Below, piece by piece: positions 29,078 to 38,291 of a DNA stretch of 48,207 nt. Source of the DNA: Gemmatimonadota bacterium (GTDB lineage Bacteria; Gemmatimonadota; Gemmatimonadetes; Gemmatimonadales; GWC2-71-9); assembly GCA_039588295.1 (NCBI GenBank), contig JBDHAB010000034.1, forward strand, positions 1 to 48,207. Direction: 5' to 3'. Under the pieces are notes generated by a model, which saw only the letters and a program-made list of their open reading frames with translations, had not been told where the DNA came from and searched no databases. Every line of letters starts with the position of its first letter. Position 1 is the first letter of the stretch. The position numbers were made by a program, and so were the translations under genes.

Positions 29078-29147
29078 TTGTCACTGACATTATCACACCG
29101 CCCACCGACGTCACCATGTTCCTCCGGAGCCAAAGGTCGCGCGTGGC
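29078..29147 (+). repeat. att-like repeat copy E
   Basis: Arm TTGTCACTGACATTATCACACCGCCCACCGACGTCACC. The core at 29119-29147 is identical (29/29) to copy B. Confidence 0.9.
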
Positions 29148-29231
29148 CCCACCGGCCACACCCAGACTGCGCCTTACCAGCGCCTTGCCCCATCTCCATA
29201 ATTGGCCGTGCTACTCGATTGGAGATTGACC

Positions 29232-31268
29232 ATGTCCACGGTGACTCGACTTGCTGCCTCAATGTATCTCCTTGCCTCCGGAGTCGTTGCACCGCTCGCC
29301 GCACAGGAGCCTGCGATCCCCGGTCCCTCGTTTGAAGACATCATGAGCCTCCGAGACATCGGCACAGTGGCGATCGCGCCGGATGGTTCGGCGATCGTCT
29401 ATACGGTCTCGAGCACCGACTGGGACGACAATCGTTATGACACCGAGCTGTGGCTGGCGCGGCCCGGCGATGATCCGTTACAGCTCACGCGCACCGCGGA
29501 GGGGAGCAGCTCGAGTCCCGCGTGGTCACCGGATGGCAAATGGATCGCGTTCGCTGCCGACCGCGGGAACGACCGGCAGATCTACCTCATCGATCCCCGA
29601 GGTGGTGAGGCCTGGGCCCTCACCGACGTGGACGACGGTGTGGGAGGGTTCGAATGGTCGCCGGACGGTACGCGCATCGCCTTCACACGCACGGAGCCAG
29701 AATCCGACCGCGACAAGAAACGCGAAGAGACCTACGGCGCCTACGCCGTGGAGGATCAGGAGTACCGCCTGAGCCATCTCTGGATGATCACGCTGCCGGA
29801 AGAACCCGGGTCGGTCGAGGGCGAGCGCCTTACCGAGGGAACTGAGTTCACGGTGTCGGGCTTCGCGTGGTCTCCGGATGGCAGCGAGATCGCGTTCGGA
29901 CACAGGCCGGACCCGCTCATCAACTCGTGGATGCATGCCGACATTTCGGTGCTGGACGTCGAGTCGTGCGAGATCCGGCTACTGGCTGGAGCCGAGGGTT
30001 CCCAGAGTAGACCGGTGTGGTCCCCTGACGGTGAGTGGATTGCGTACCAGGCAACACCACCGGATCTGGGCTCCGCCTACTACTTGAACGGTCTGTTCTT
30101 CAAGGTCCCTGCCGCCGGAGGGACACCGACGCGCGTCCCAGTTGACCTCGACGAAGATCCGTTCATCACGGCATGGACGCCGCGAGGGCTGTACCTCATG
30201 GGGTGGGAGAAGACGACACGCCGCGTGTGGCGTGTCGACCCCAACTCCGGTGGCACCAGCGAGGTCATCACGACACCAAGTCTGGTCTTCTCGATCGACT
30301 TCACGCCCGACGGTCAGACCATGGCGATCGTGGCACGGGAAGAGGGCATGCTGGACGAGGCGTATCTCTCACCCGTCGACCGTTATCGGCCAACGCGCCT
30401 CACCAACATGTCCGCCCAGATCGACGGGTGGACACTCGGTACCAGCGAGGTCATTTCGTGGGAGAGCCGTGACGGTGCGACCATCGAAGGCGTGCTTCAC
30501 ACACCGGACGACTTTGATCCCTCCAGACAGTATCCGCTGTTTGTCGTGATCCACGGCGGTCCGACAGGGATCGACTACCCCACGGCCGTCACCGGCTACG
30601 TGTACCCCGTGCACCAGTGGCTGGCCAAGGGCGCGCTCGTGTTGCGGCCAAACTACCGCGGCTCGGCGGGATACGGCGAGGCGTTCCGATCCCTCAACGT
30701 GCGGAACCTCGGCGTGGGAGACGCGTGGGACGTGGTGTCCGGTGTCGACCATCTCATCTCCCAGGGTATCGTGGACACCAGCCGCATAGGCGCCATGGGT
30801 TGGAGCCAGGGCGGCTATATCTCGGCGTACCTCACAACGACGTCGGACCGGTTCGCCGCGATCTCGGTGGGTGCCGGTATCTCCAACTGGGTGACCTACT
30901 ACGTGAACACCGATATCCACCCGTTCACTCGGCAGTACCTCAAGGCAACACCGTGGGAGGACGAGAAGATCTACGACGTCACGTCGCCGATGACATTCAT
31001 CAATCAGGCGTCCACACCGACGCTCATTCAGCATGGTGAGTTCGACCGTCGTGTTCCGATCCCCAACGCGTACGAGCTGTATCAGGGGCTACAGGATGTC
31101 GGGGTCGAGACGAAGCTCGTCGTCTACAAGGGGTTTGGCCACGGCATCTCGAAGCCGAAGGAGCGGCTCGCGGCGACGTGGTACAACTGGCAGTGGTTCG
31201 GGAAGCACATATGGGGCGAGGAGATCGAATTGCCGATCGAGGTGGAGGAGACGGACTCCTCACCCTGA
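29232..31268 (+). CDS. S9 family peptidase (prolyl oligopeptidase/acylaminoacyl peptidase) with PD40 propeller
   Basis: GGAG RBS, signal peptide, repeated WSPDG, IHGGP, NYRGSAGYG, GWSQGG, HGEFDRRVP and GHG. Confidence 0.95.
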   Translation: MSTVTRLAASMYLLASGVVAPLAAQEPAIPGPSFEDIMSLRDIGTVAIAPDGSAIVYTVSSTDWDDNRYDTELWLARPGDDPLQLTRTAEGSSSSPAWSPDGKWIAFAADRGNDRQIYLIDPRGGEAWALTDVDDGVGGFEWSPDGTRIAFTRTEPESDRDKKREETYGAYAVEDQEYRLSHLWMITLPEEPGSVEGERLTEGTEFTVSGFAWSPDGSEIAFGHRPDPLINSWMHADISVLDVESCEIRLLAGAEGSQSRPVWSPDGEWIAYQATPPDLGSAYYLNGLFFKVPAAGGTPTRVPVDLDEDPFITAWTPRGLYLMGWEKTTRRVWRVDPNSGGTSEVITTPSLVFSIDFTPDGQTMAIVAREEGMLDEAYLSPVDRYRPTRLTNMSAQIDGWTLGTSEVISWESRDGATIEGVLHTPDDFDPSRQYPLFVVIHGGPTGIDYPTAVTGYVYPVHQWLAKGALVLRPNYRGSAGYGEAFRSLNVRNLGVGDAWDVVSGVDHLISQGIVDTSRIGAMGWSQGGYISAYLTTTSDRFAAISVGAGISNWVTYYVNTDIHPFTRQYLKATPWEDEKIYDVTSPMTFINQASTPTLIQHGEFDRRVPIPNAYELYQGLQDVGVETKLVVYKGFGHGISKPKERLAATWYNWQWFGKHIWGEEIELPIEVEETDSSP

Positions 31269-31326
31269 CCCCCCATTGCAGTCCTGGGTGGCCCCGTTCC
31301 CCCCGGTGAGCGGGGGCCGCATCATT

Positions 31327-31348
31327 GACCGCCGCGCGATCGGCGGTC
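31327..31348. terminator. GC-rich hairpin downstream of the S9 peptidase gene
   Basis: GACCGCCG-cgcgat-CGGCGGTC is a perfect 8-bp stem. There is no U-tract, so a terminator role is uncertain. Confidence 0.35.
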
Positions 31349-31557
31349 TGATGAGTCCGAGGAATGCCGGGCCCGCCTCGCCACTCGCGCCCCGGGCCTG
31401 CATACGCATTCGCGCCGTGATGGCAGAGCGTTGCCCGCCAACAGTTGACGGCTGAGAGCCGATAGCCGAAACCTCACGGCCGCGACATCTTATCCAGGAG
31501 GATCGGGGCCCAACGCCCCTGCCCTCTCCATCGGGAACCTTGCGCTCGGAGATACCC

Positions 31558-33144
31558 ATGAGCCGTCTTCACGTCATCACCGGAACGATCCTGCTGGTCA
31601 CCGCGGGCTGCGCACCCGCGACGCGCCCACCCACGCAGGACGAGCTCGAGCAAGCGCAGGAGCGCGCCACGGCCGAGGACCTGCGACGCGACCTGGCGGT
31701 ACTCGCCGCCGATTCCCTCGGCGGCCGCGGTACGCCGAGCCCCGGACTCGACATGGCCCTGCAATACGTCGCCACCGCAGCCCGCGAGATCGGGCTCGAG
31801 CCCAAAGGCGACGACGGCGGCTACTTCCAGAGCTGGTCGCTGCGGATCCACGAGCGCATGCGCGACGACGTCTCGGCCGTGGCAATTGTCGGTGACACTC
31901 GCGTTGAGCTGACGCCAGACAACGCCACCCAACTCGTGTTCGGGGTAACAGCGACCGACGTCCCCGTCTCGGCCCCCCTGGCCTTCGTCGGATTCGGCAT
32001 TCACTCCCCGGAACACTCGTGGGACGATTACGCCGGAACCGATGTGGCCGGCAAAGCGGTGATCATCATGGACGGGGCGCCCTGGGACACGGACATGAGT
32101 ATCCCCTTCGGATATGACAAGGCGCTCCACAAAGCGGTCGAGGCGTATGCACATGGCGCTAAGGCGGTGATCTACGCCACCGACCGATACGGCCAGCCCG
32201 ACCAGCCACCTGCCACAGCTTTCCTCATGGGATTTGCCGCGCAGCCAATCGCGCTGCTCGAAACGGATCAGCACGGACATAGTATGGTGCCGCCTCTCAC
32301 CTTCGTGTCACACGAGACGGCCAACCGTTTGCTCGGGGGCGGCACGATTCAGGCGTACCAGCGCCAAAGCAGGGAATCGATGGAGCCGGTGAGCTTCGAC
32401 ATTCCCAACTCGCAGTTCGAACTGTCGCTCGCGTCAGCCGGCGAGCTGGCATCGGTGCGGAACCTCATCGCCGTACTGCCCGGTGCCGATCGTGAGCTGC
32501 GTGACGAATACGTGGTCTACGGCGCCCACATTGATCACGTTGGAACGGGTCACCCTGTGGGTGGCGACTCGATCTATAACGGTGCCGACGACAATGCCTC
32601 GGGAAGCGCCGCGCTGCTCGCCATCGCTCGAAGCTTCGCCGCGCTTCCGGAAGACGCGCGGCCCAAACGGTCTGTCGCGTTCGTGTGGTTCTCAGGAGAA
32701 GAGCTGGGGCTTTTCGGCTCGAGTGCCTACGGTGACGACCCTGTCGTGCCGTTCGAGCAGACCGTGGCAAACCTCAACCTCGACATGGTGGGACGCGCAC
32801 CGGGCGACACCGTGTTCTTGCACGACTTCGAGATGGGGGATCTCGAGGCGACGGCGCTCGGACTGGCGGCAGAGGTCGGAATCACCGCCTCGCCCTTCCC
32901 GTGGCCGCATTTCCGACTGCTGTACTACTCGGACCACCTGAACTTCGTCGCGAAGCAGGTGCCGGCGATGTTCTTCTTCTCGGGCTTCCATCCTCAATAC
33001 CACACGCCCGCCGACGAGACGGAGAGAATCAACTTCGAGACCATGGCCAAGATCGCCCGCCTGGCGTTCCGCACCGGGATCGAGCTGGCCAACGACACCG
33101 CGCGTCCCGCCTGGAAGGCGCCGCCGTACTTTCTGGAGCGGTGA
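31558..33144 (+). CDS. M28 family peptidase with PA domain, lipoprotein
   Basis: TAGC lipobox, GRGTPSPG, AHIDH, NGADDNASG, SGEELGLFGS, NLDMVGR, SDH and YHTPADE. Confidence 0.94.
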   Translation: MSRLHVITGTILLVTAGCAPATRPPTQDELEQAQERATAEDLRRDLAVLAADSLGGRGTPSPGLDMALQYVATAAREIGLEPKGDDGGYFQSWSLRIHERMRDDVSAVAIVGDTRVELTPDNATQLVFGVTATDVPVSAPLAFVGFGIHSPEHSWDDYAGTDVAGKAVIIMDGAPWDTDMSIPFGYDKALHKAVEAYAHGAKAVIYATDRYGQPDQPPATAFLMGFAAQPIALLETDQHGHSMVPPLTFVSHETANRLLGGGTIQAYQRQSRESMEPVSFDIPNSQFELSLASAGELASVRNLIAVLPGADRELRDEYVVYGAHIDHVGTGHPVGGDSIYNGADDNASGSAALLAIARSFAALPEDARPKRSVAFVWFSGEELGLFGSSAYGDDPVVPFEQTVANLNLDMVGRAPGDTVFLHDFEMGDLEATALGLAAEVGITASPFPWPHFRLLYYSDHLNFVAKQVPAMFFFSGFHPQYHTPADETERINFETMAKIARLAFRTGIELANDTARPAWKAPPYFLER

Positions 33145-33207
33145 TGGCGCTCAGTCGCTGGAGGTGAGTTGGATGCACTCCCGTGGGCGCAGAGTTCGCT
33201 TGCGATC

Positions 33208-34146
33208 CTAGCGCTGCTCGTTCAGGTTAACGACCGCCTCCGCAAACCGCCGACCGAGATCCATGTATCCGGGGCTGTCGTAGTGCCACGTATCCGAGTA
33301 CCCGTATTCATCTGTACTGGTAACGACGGCGGCTGCGGCATCCCGCTCAACGAAGGCAGCCTGCGCGGCACGGACGACCTCACCGTGATCCCAAACCTTC
33401 CCGTCTTCATCTCGTCCCGAGTCGGAAATCCGCCCGATGACTACTGGGAGGTCATCCGCGTGGAACGCCGCTCGAATCAGGTTCATCAACCGTTCGAGGT
33501 TTTCCCGGTATCGAAATGCAATCTCTGCGGTGTAGTACGCGTCGCTCTCTCCCTGCATCCAGATGATCCCAGCGGGCACGAGCTCATCCGGATCGCCGTC
33601 TCCGTCGATGTCACCCACCGACATGGCATGCCGCACGGTGGACAAGAAGTGATCGTATTGGTTCACGCCGTCACGATCACCGTAATCGGGGTCCCAGCTT
33701 CCGGACTGTCCCGCCGCTTCGACGTCGATCGAGGTTCCACCCCGCGAGTATTTGATGACCGCGATGTTCGCGTCGGGATCCAGCTCTCGCAGCCGCTGGG
33801 CAAACGTCAACTCAATGCCGAACCGGGCCGAGTAGGAGTTACTCGCTCCATCGGACGAGAAGCCCACACCGTGCCCCGCCCGCAGTGGACGCCACACGCC
33901 AAGGCCGCCCGACGACGAGTCATCCGGTGCTGGATTCCCGTGGAAGATCACGACGCCCCGCATCGGGCCCCGCAGATCCTCCGGCAAGTCACTCACGTAG
34001 CCGTAGCCGTCCATGTTCGACTGGCCGCCGAGGAAGTAGAGGTCGTAGGTCGTCTGCGAGGCGGCAGGCGAGGGTACGATAGCGGACGTCAACGCGACCG
34101 TGGCGAGACACCAGCGGCTCGCATTAGGCATCAGTTGCCGGATCAT
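33208..34146 (-). CDS. Sialate O-acetylesterase (SASA)/CE6-like carbohydrate acetylesterase
   Basis: SGNH-like motifs GQSNM, WMQGESD and DTWH, plus a signal peptide. Confidence 0.9.
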   Translation of the reverse strand: MIRQLMPNASRWCLATVALTSAIVPSPAASQTTYDLYFLGGQSNMDGYGYVSDLPEDLRGPMRGVVIFHGNPAPDDSSSGGLGVWRPLRAGHGVGFSSDGASNSYSARFGIELTFAQRLRELDPDANIAVIKYSRGGTSIDVEAAGQSGSWDPDYGDRDGVNQYDHFLSTVRHAMSVGDIDGDGDPDELVPAGIIWMQGESDAYYTAEIAFRYRENLERLMNLIRAAFHADDLPVVIGRISDSGRDEDGKVWDHGEVVRAAQAAFVERDAAAAVVTSTDEYGYSDTWHYDSPGYMDLGRRFAEAVVNLNEQR

Positions 34147-34433
34147 CGGATTGCTCCCTGCATGCGATGAATAGACGATGGAAGCAGTCAGGGTACAGCC
34201 TGTCGCCTGGAACGGAAGCGACTACTCCAGCGTCCGCAAAGCTACGAACCTGACCGGAGTCTGGCGAGGCTCACCCTGGCCGATTCGCGCCCGGGCATCC
34301 AACGGTGCCCCACGGTCATCCTTCCAGATTGGATGGCCGTGGCCGGTGGGGAGCCTTCCCCGCTCGCCTTCAGGTCGGGTGAACCGTTACGTTTGTCTAT
34401 TCCATTTCGGCGCACTGCGTGTGCGGACTCAGC

Positions 34434-35720
34434 ATGACCGGTCCAGAGCCTAGTCAAACTGCGATCGAGGAGATCGAGGCTGCCGTACAGGCAGCCATCG
34501 GTGACGAGTACCGGACGACCCGATTGCTCGGACGGGGTGGCATGTCCGTGGTGTTTCTGGCCGACGAACTCGCCCTCAAACGGCCCGTGGCGCTCAAGGT
34601 CTTTCCCCTGACATTGGCCCTGGAGAAGTCGGCGTCCGATCGATTCCGGCACGAGGCCCAGATCGCCGCCTCGTTGGATCATCCGCACATCGCGCCGATT
34701 CATCGGTTTGGCGAGGCTCCCGGGTTCCTGTGGTACACCATGAAGTACATCAACGGCAGCTCGTTGTCGGAGACGCTCCGTGATGTCGGTCGGATGAGTC
34801 GGTACAGCGTGCTCAGCTTGACCGAGCAGACAGCGAGTGCGCTCGACTGCGCGCATCGGCGGGGGATCGTCCACCGCGATATGAAGCCCGCGAACGTCTT
34901 GTTGGATGGGAGCAGCTGGGCGTACGTGTGCGATTTTGGAGTCGCCAAGGCCCTCGATACGAAACTCACCCAAACCGGGGGCACGATCGGCACGCCGGCC
35001 TATATGTCACCCGAGCAGCTCTACGGCCGACCGCTCGACGGTCGATCGGATCAGTATTCGCTCGCCGTAATGGTGTTCGAATTGCTGACGGGCCGGCATC
35101 CCTTCGAAGCGGAGTCCGTGGCCGACATCATCCAGATGCACTGCACGGCGCCGCCGCCGCTCCTCTCCGAGCTCCTCCCCGACCTGCCGGAGGCCCTAGT
35201 GCAGGGCGTGGCGCGGGCCATGAGCAAGGAGCCGGAGGACCGCTTCGACTCGGTGATCGCATTCCTGACGGCGATCGGCGGTCGGCGTCCGCCCCGGGCG
35301 CCGGAACCGCGCGTGTCGGCCCGGGTGAGCGAGGCCGTCACCGAGCGCATCGACGCCACTCCCCCCCGAAGAGGCGGCCGACGGTACCTACCACTGTCCG
35401 TGAGCGCCGCGCTTGGCGCATTGGTCACCTGGGCCGCGGTGTGGTTCACTCCTGTGGGGAACTGGGGTCTCTTTGGCGGCGACGGCGCGCCCGCCACCGC
35501 CAGGGTTGGCCACGTCTGGGTCAGCGCCGACCCGTGGGGAGAGTTGTATATTGACGGGACCTATGCCGGCAACACGCCCGCCCTCAATCTCCCCCTTGGG
35601 ATTGGCCCACACGTCGTGCGCGTCGAACGTGAGGGGTACGTACCATTCGAGCGGCGCATCGAGTTGACTCCGGACCAGGAGTTACGCCTCACCGATATCG
35701 TGCTGCGGCGGGAGCCGTGA
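34434..35720 (+). CDS. Hanks-type Ser/Thr protein kinase with TM helix and C-terminal PEGA domain
   Basis: LGRGGMS, VALK, HRDMKPAN, DFG, GTPAYMSPE and DQYS, then a TM segment and PWGELYIDG...GNTP...GPHVVRVEREGY. Confidence 0.93.
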   Translation: MTGPEPSQTAIEEIEAAVQAAIGDEYRTTRLLGRGGMSVVFLADELALKRPVALKVFPLTLALEKSASDRFRHEAQIAASLDHPHIAPIHRFGEAPGFLWYTMKYINGSSLSETLRDVGRMSRYSVLSLTEQTASALDCAHRRGIVHRDMKPANVLLDGSSWAYVCDFGVAKALDTKLTQTGGTIGTPAYMSPEQLYGRPLDGRSDQYSLAVMVFELLTGRHPFEAESVADIIQMHCTAPPPLLSELLPDLPEALVQGVARAMSKEPEDRFDSVIAFLTAIGGRRPPRAPEPRVSARVSEAVTERIDATPPRRGGRRYLPLSVSAALGALVTWAAVWFTPVGNWGLFGGDGAPATARVGHVWVSADPWGELYIDGTYAGNTPALNLPLGIGPHVVRVEREGYVPFERRIELTPDQELRLTDIVLRREP

Positions 35721-36733
35721 GCCGACGCGGGCTCCTCCTGGTACTCGTCGCGGTCACCTGGGTGGCGCCCGCGGCCGGGCAGACGGGTGCGGAACTCCGT
35801 GATCAGGGGCTCAGGGCCTACCGGGCGCTCGAGATGGCGGCCGCGGCACGCCTCCTCCGCCTCGCCCTCGCCGCCCCGGATCTTCCCGACACCGAGATCC
35901 TCTCGACCGAGGCCTATTTGGGGGCCGCGGAGTCCTACCGGAACCGACGGGACTCCTCGCGCGCGGCGTTCCGCCGGATCGTGCTTCGCGATCCGCGATA
36001 CCGCCTCGACCCGCTCGCGTTCCCGCCCGAGGTCACGCGCGCGTTTGATGCCGTGCGGTTCGCGACACCTGCCGTAGCGGTTGAGGTGCCGCAGCGCGCG
36101 ATCTTCGAACCTGGGCGTGGCGGACTCACCGCGCGTGTGTTCCCGAGCGGACCGCACGTGGTACGCGTTCGTATCGAAGCGTCGAACGGGGAGGTCGTCC
36201 GAACACTGCACGACGGCCGCGTGACGGACAGCCTCACGGTCACGTGGAACGGAGCGGGCGCGCGTGACGCGCGGCTCGCGAGCGGGCTCTACGTCTGGAG
36301 CTTCACGTCATTGAGCAGAAACGGTGCAATCCAGCGGATTCTCGACGTCCCAGTTCGCCTCGAGCGCTCGAGCGTCGGCTCTCAAGCGCTGCCGCCACGC
36401 CCGACGATGCTCCCCGAAGCCAACCCTGCCGGGCCCGCGCTGGTGCGGCTGGGATTGGGCGTGGGTGCGGCCACCGTGGCGTGGTTCGTGACGCCGGCGT
36501 TCACCGATCGCGACGGTCCCCGTGTGGGCCTCGCGGTCGCCTTCACCGCGGCGGGCCTCATCGGCTTCTTCGAGAAGCGACCCGGGAAGCCGCTCCCCGA
36601 GAACGTGGCGGCCAATCAAGCCGCGCTCGCGACGTGGGAAGCGCAGGTGCGGCGCGCGACCGCGGCCAACCAGGGTCGCCGTCCGGGGCCACGGATCATT
36701 CTCGAGACCGCGCGGCCGAGCATTCGCCGGTAG
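35717..36733 (+). CDS. Secreted/membrane hypothetical protein (helical TPR-like N-terminus, FlgD-like Ig domain, two C-terminal hydrophobic helices)
   Basis: GTGA overlap with the kinase gene and a signal peptide. GEVVRTL...TWNG...LASGLY resembles FlgD_ig. Confidence 0.72.
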   Translation: MSRRGLLLVLVAVTWVAPAAGQTGAELRDQGLRAYRALEMAAAARLLRLALAAPDLPDTEILSTEAYLGAAESYRNRRDSSRAAFRRIVLRDPRYRLDPLAFPPEVTRAFDAVRFATPAVAVEVPQRAIFEPGRGGLTARVFPSGPHVVRVRIEASNGEVVRTLHDGRVTDSLTVTWNGAGARDARLASGLYVWSFTSLSRNGAIQRILDVPVRLERSSVGSQALPPRPTMLPEANPAGPALVRLGLGVGAATVAWFVTPAFTDRDGPRVGLAVAFTAAGLIGFFEKRPGKPLPENVAANQAALATWEAQVRRATAANQGRRPGPRIILETARPSIRR

Positions 36734-36770
36734 GCTGCTTGTCCGTGCCGGCGCATGGGGACAACCACCA

Positions 36771-36833
36771 GCCCCGAGCGCCGCGTGACGCTCGGGGCCG
36801 GGAGGTGAAAGCGCCCGACCGAAGCCGGGCGCT
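36771..36833. terminator. Two tandem hairpins between convergent genes
   Basis: GCCCCGAGCG/CGCTCGGGGC (10 bp) and AGCGCCCG/CGGGCGCT (8 bp). On the minus strand the second has a CTTCGG loop followed by a short T run. Confidence 0.6.
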
Positions 36834-36864
36834 ACGAACGGAAGCCAGGGAATGCGGCCTGGTG

Positions 36865-37506
36865 CTATGGCTGGTGAATGGCGAACTGCAGATCCTCGCA
36901 GGTATTGGGACCCGGCGTGCCGAGCACCTCTGGGAGCCCACTGCAGCCCGCACCGAAGGTACGAATCATCTCATAGACCAACCCGGGAATCGCCGGGCCG
37001 TGCGTGCGGACCACCAGATGGAGCTCGGCGGCGCCGGCGTCCATCAGACCGGGCGACGGGGCCCCGAGCTGTTCAAACACCGAATACCCAGCCTCGCCCA
37101 CGTTCTGATGGGCAGCCACGGTCGCCTTGCCCGATCCACCGACGAGGCTCCCTCCCACATTGATGACGTCCACCATCGCTGCCGTCCCCGGCGCCACGTC
37201 GCCCTCAACACATGGGGTCGCAGAGCAGTTCTCGGGCTTGTTGAAGACCACCATCCACATTGTGACCGCGGTGCCCGGTTCGAGACCGCTCGTGGACAGC
37301 CGCACTGACACGCCGTTGTCGTTTCTCACGATCGTGGAGGAGCCCACTTCTGTCAGGTCGGGGGGCCACGTGAGCACGGGCGCTGCTGAACTGGACACGC
37401 TAAAGAGCGGACCTTCGTCCAGTTCGGGGGCGCTCGTCTGATCGCTGCACGATACCACCAGGCCGCTCGTGACGAGCACAAGAACGGTGCTGCGGAGGGT
37501 ACGCAT
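36865..37506 (-). CDS. Hypothetical lipoprotein
   Basis: AGGAG RBS, VVSC lipobox, and a beta-rich domain with four further Cys. It is divergent from the ECF sigma gene. Confidence 0.8.
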   Translation of the reverse strand: MRTLRSTVLVLVTSGLVVSCSDQTSAPELDEGPLFSVSSSAAPVLTWPPDLTEVGSSTIVRNDNGVSVRLSTSGLEPGTAVTMWMVVFNKPENCSATPCVEGDVAPGTAAMVDVINVGGSLVGGSGKATVAAHQNVGEAGYSVFEQLGAPSPGLMDAGAAELHLVVRTHGPAIPGLVYEMIRTFGAGCSGLPEVLGTPGPNTCEDLQFAIHQP

Positions 37507-37730
37507 AGGGTGCTCCTTGGGAGGGTGTGAGAGTCGGACACTCTGCCTTTGTTCTGAAGAGGCGCAGGATCCCCCAGGCTGGGCTCATCCGCCCGAATCA
37601 AGGGAAGGCTGTGAGGGCCCTCGATGCCGGCGCACGCCAGGGGTGGCGGTTGGATTCGGGGTCCCGCATGTTTTGAAGAACGAATCCCAAATACTGTGAT
37701 CGAATTTATAGTTACTGCGGGTGACTTTTC

Positions 37731-38291
37731 GTGACCGCGCCGTCTGACGTTACTCGGGCGCTGGTTGCCCTGTCGGATGGTGACCGCTCGGCATTGGACC
37801 GGCTGTTGCCCCTGGTGTACGAGCAGCTTCGGCAGATCGCGGAGCGCGCGCTGCGGCAAGAGCGCGCGGACCATACGCTCAGTCCCACCGCGCTCGTGCA
37901 CGAGGCCTACCTCAAGCTGGTGCAGTTGGACAGCATCACCTGGGAGGGTCGGGCGCACTTCTTCGGCGCGTGCGCCCAGGCTATGCGACGCATCCTCATC
38001 AGCTACGCCCGCATGAGAAAAGCAGAAAAGCGCGGCGGAGGATCGGAGCACGTCCCGCTCAGCAGCGTGGTGCTCGCCGCTGACTCCCGGCCCAAGGATC
38101 TCATCGCGCTGGATGACGCGCTGGTGAAGCTCGAGGTGCTCGACGAGCGACAGGCTCGCATCGTGGAGTGCCGGTTCTTCGCCGGGATGAGTGTCGAGGA
38201 GACCGCCCGGGCACTGGGGATCTCGACCGCAACCGTGAAGCGAGATTGGACGATCGCACGTGCGTTTCTGAATCGGGAGCTGCGCGAGTGA
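37731..38291 (+). CDS. ECF sigma factor, kinase-associated type (TIGR02999/ECF43-like)
   Basis: LLPLVYEQLRQIA, HTLSPTALVHEAYLKL, AMRRILI, KRGG and TVKRDW. Confidence 0.93.
   Translation: MTAPSDVTRALVALSDGDRSALDRLLPLVYEQLRQIAERALRQERADHTLSPTALVHEAYLKLVQLDSITWEGRAHFFGACAQAMRRILISYARMRKAEKRGGGSEHVPLSSVVLAADSRPKDLIALDDALVKLEVLDERQARIVECRFFAGMSVEETARALGISTATVKRDWTIARAFLNRELRE

Noticed and set aside
17321..29147. Interpretation of the repeats as CRISPR repeats or integron attC sites
   Set aside because: Spacing is kilobases with whole genes between copies, there are no cas genes, and the repeats are not palindromic and lack RYYYAAC...GTTRRRY ends.
31348..31475. CTGATGAG...GAAAC resembling a hammerhead ribozyme core
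   Set aside because: CTGATGAGTCCGAGGA is not followed by GAAA closing stem II, and the later CTGAGAG..GAAAC lacks the CUGANGA spacing and pairing.
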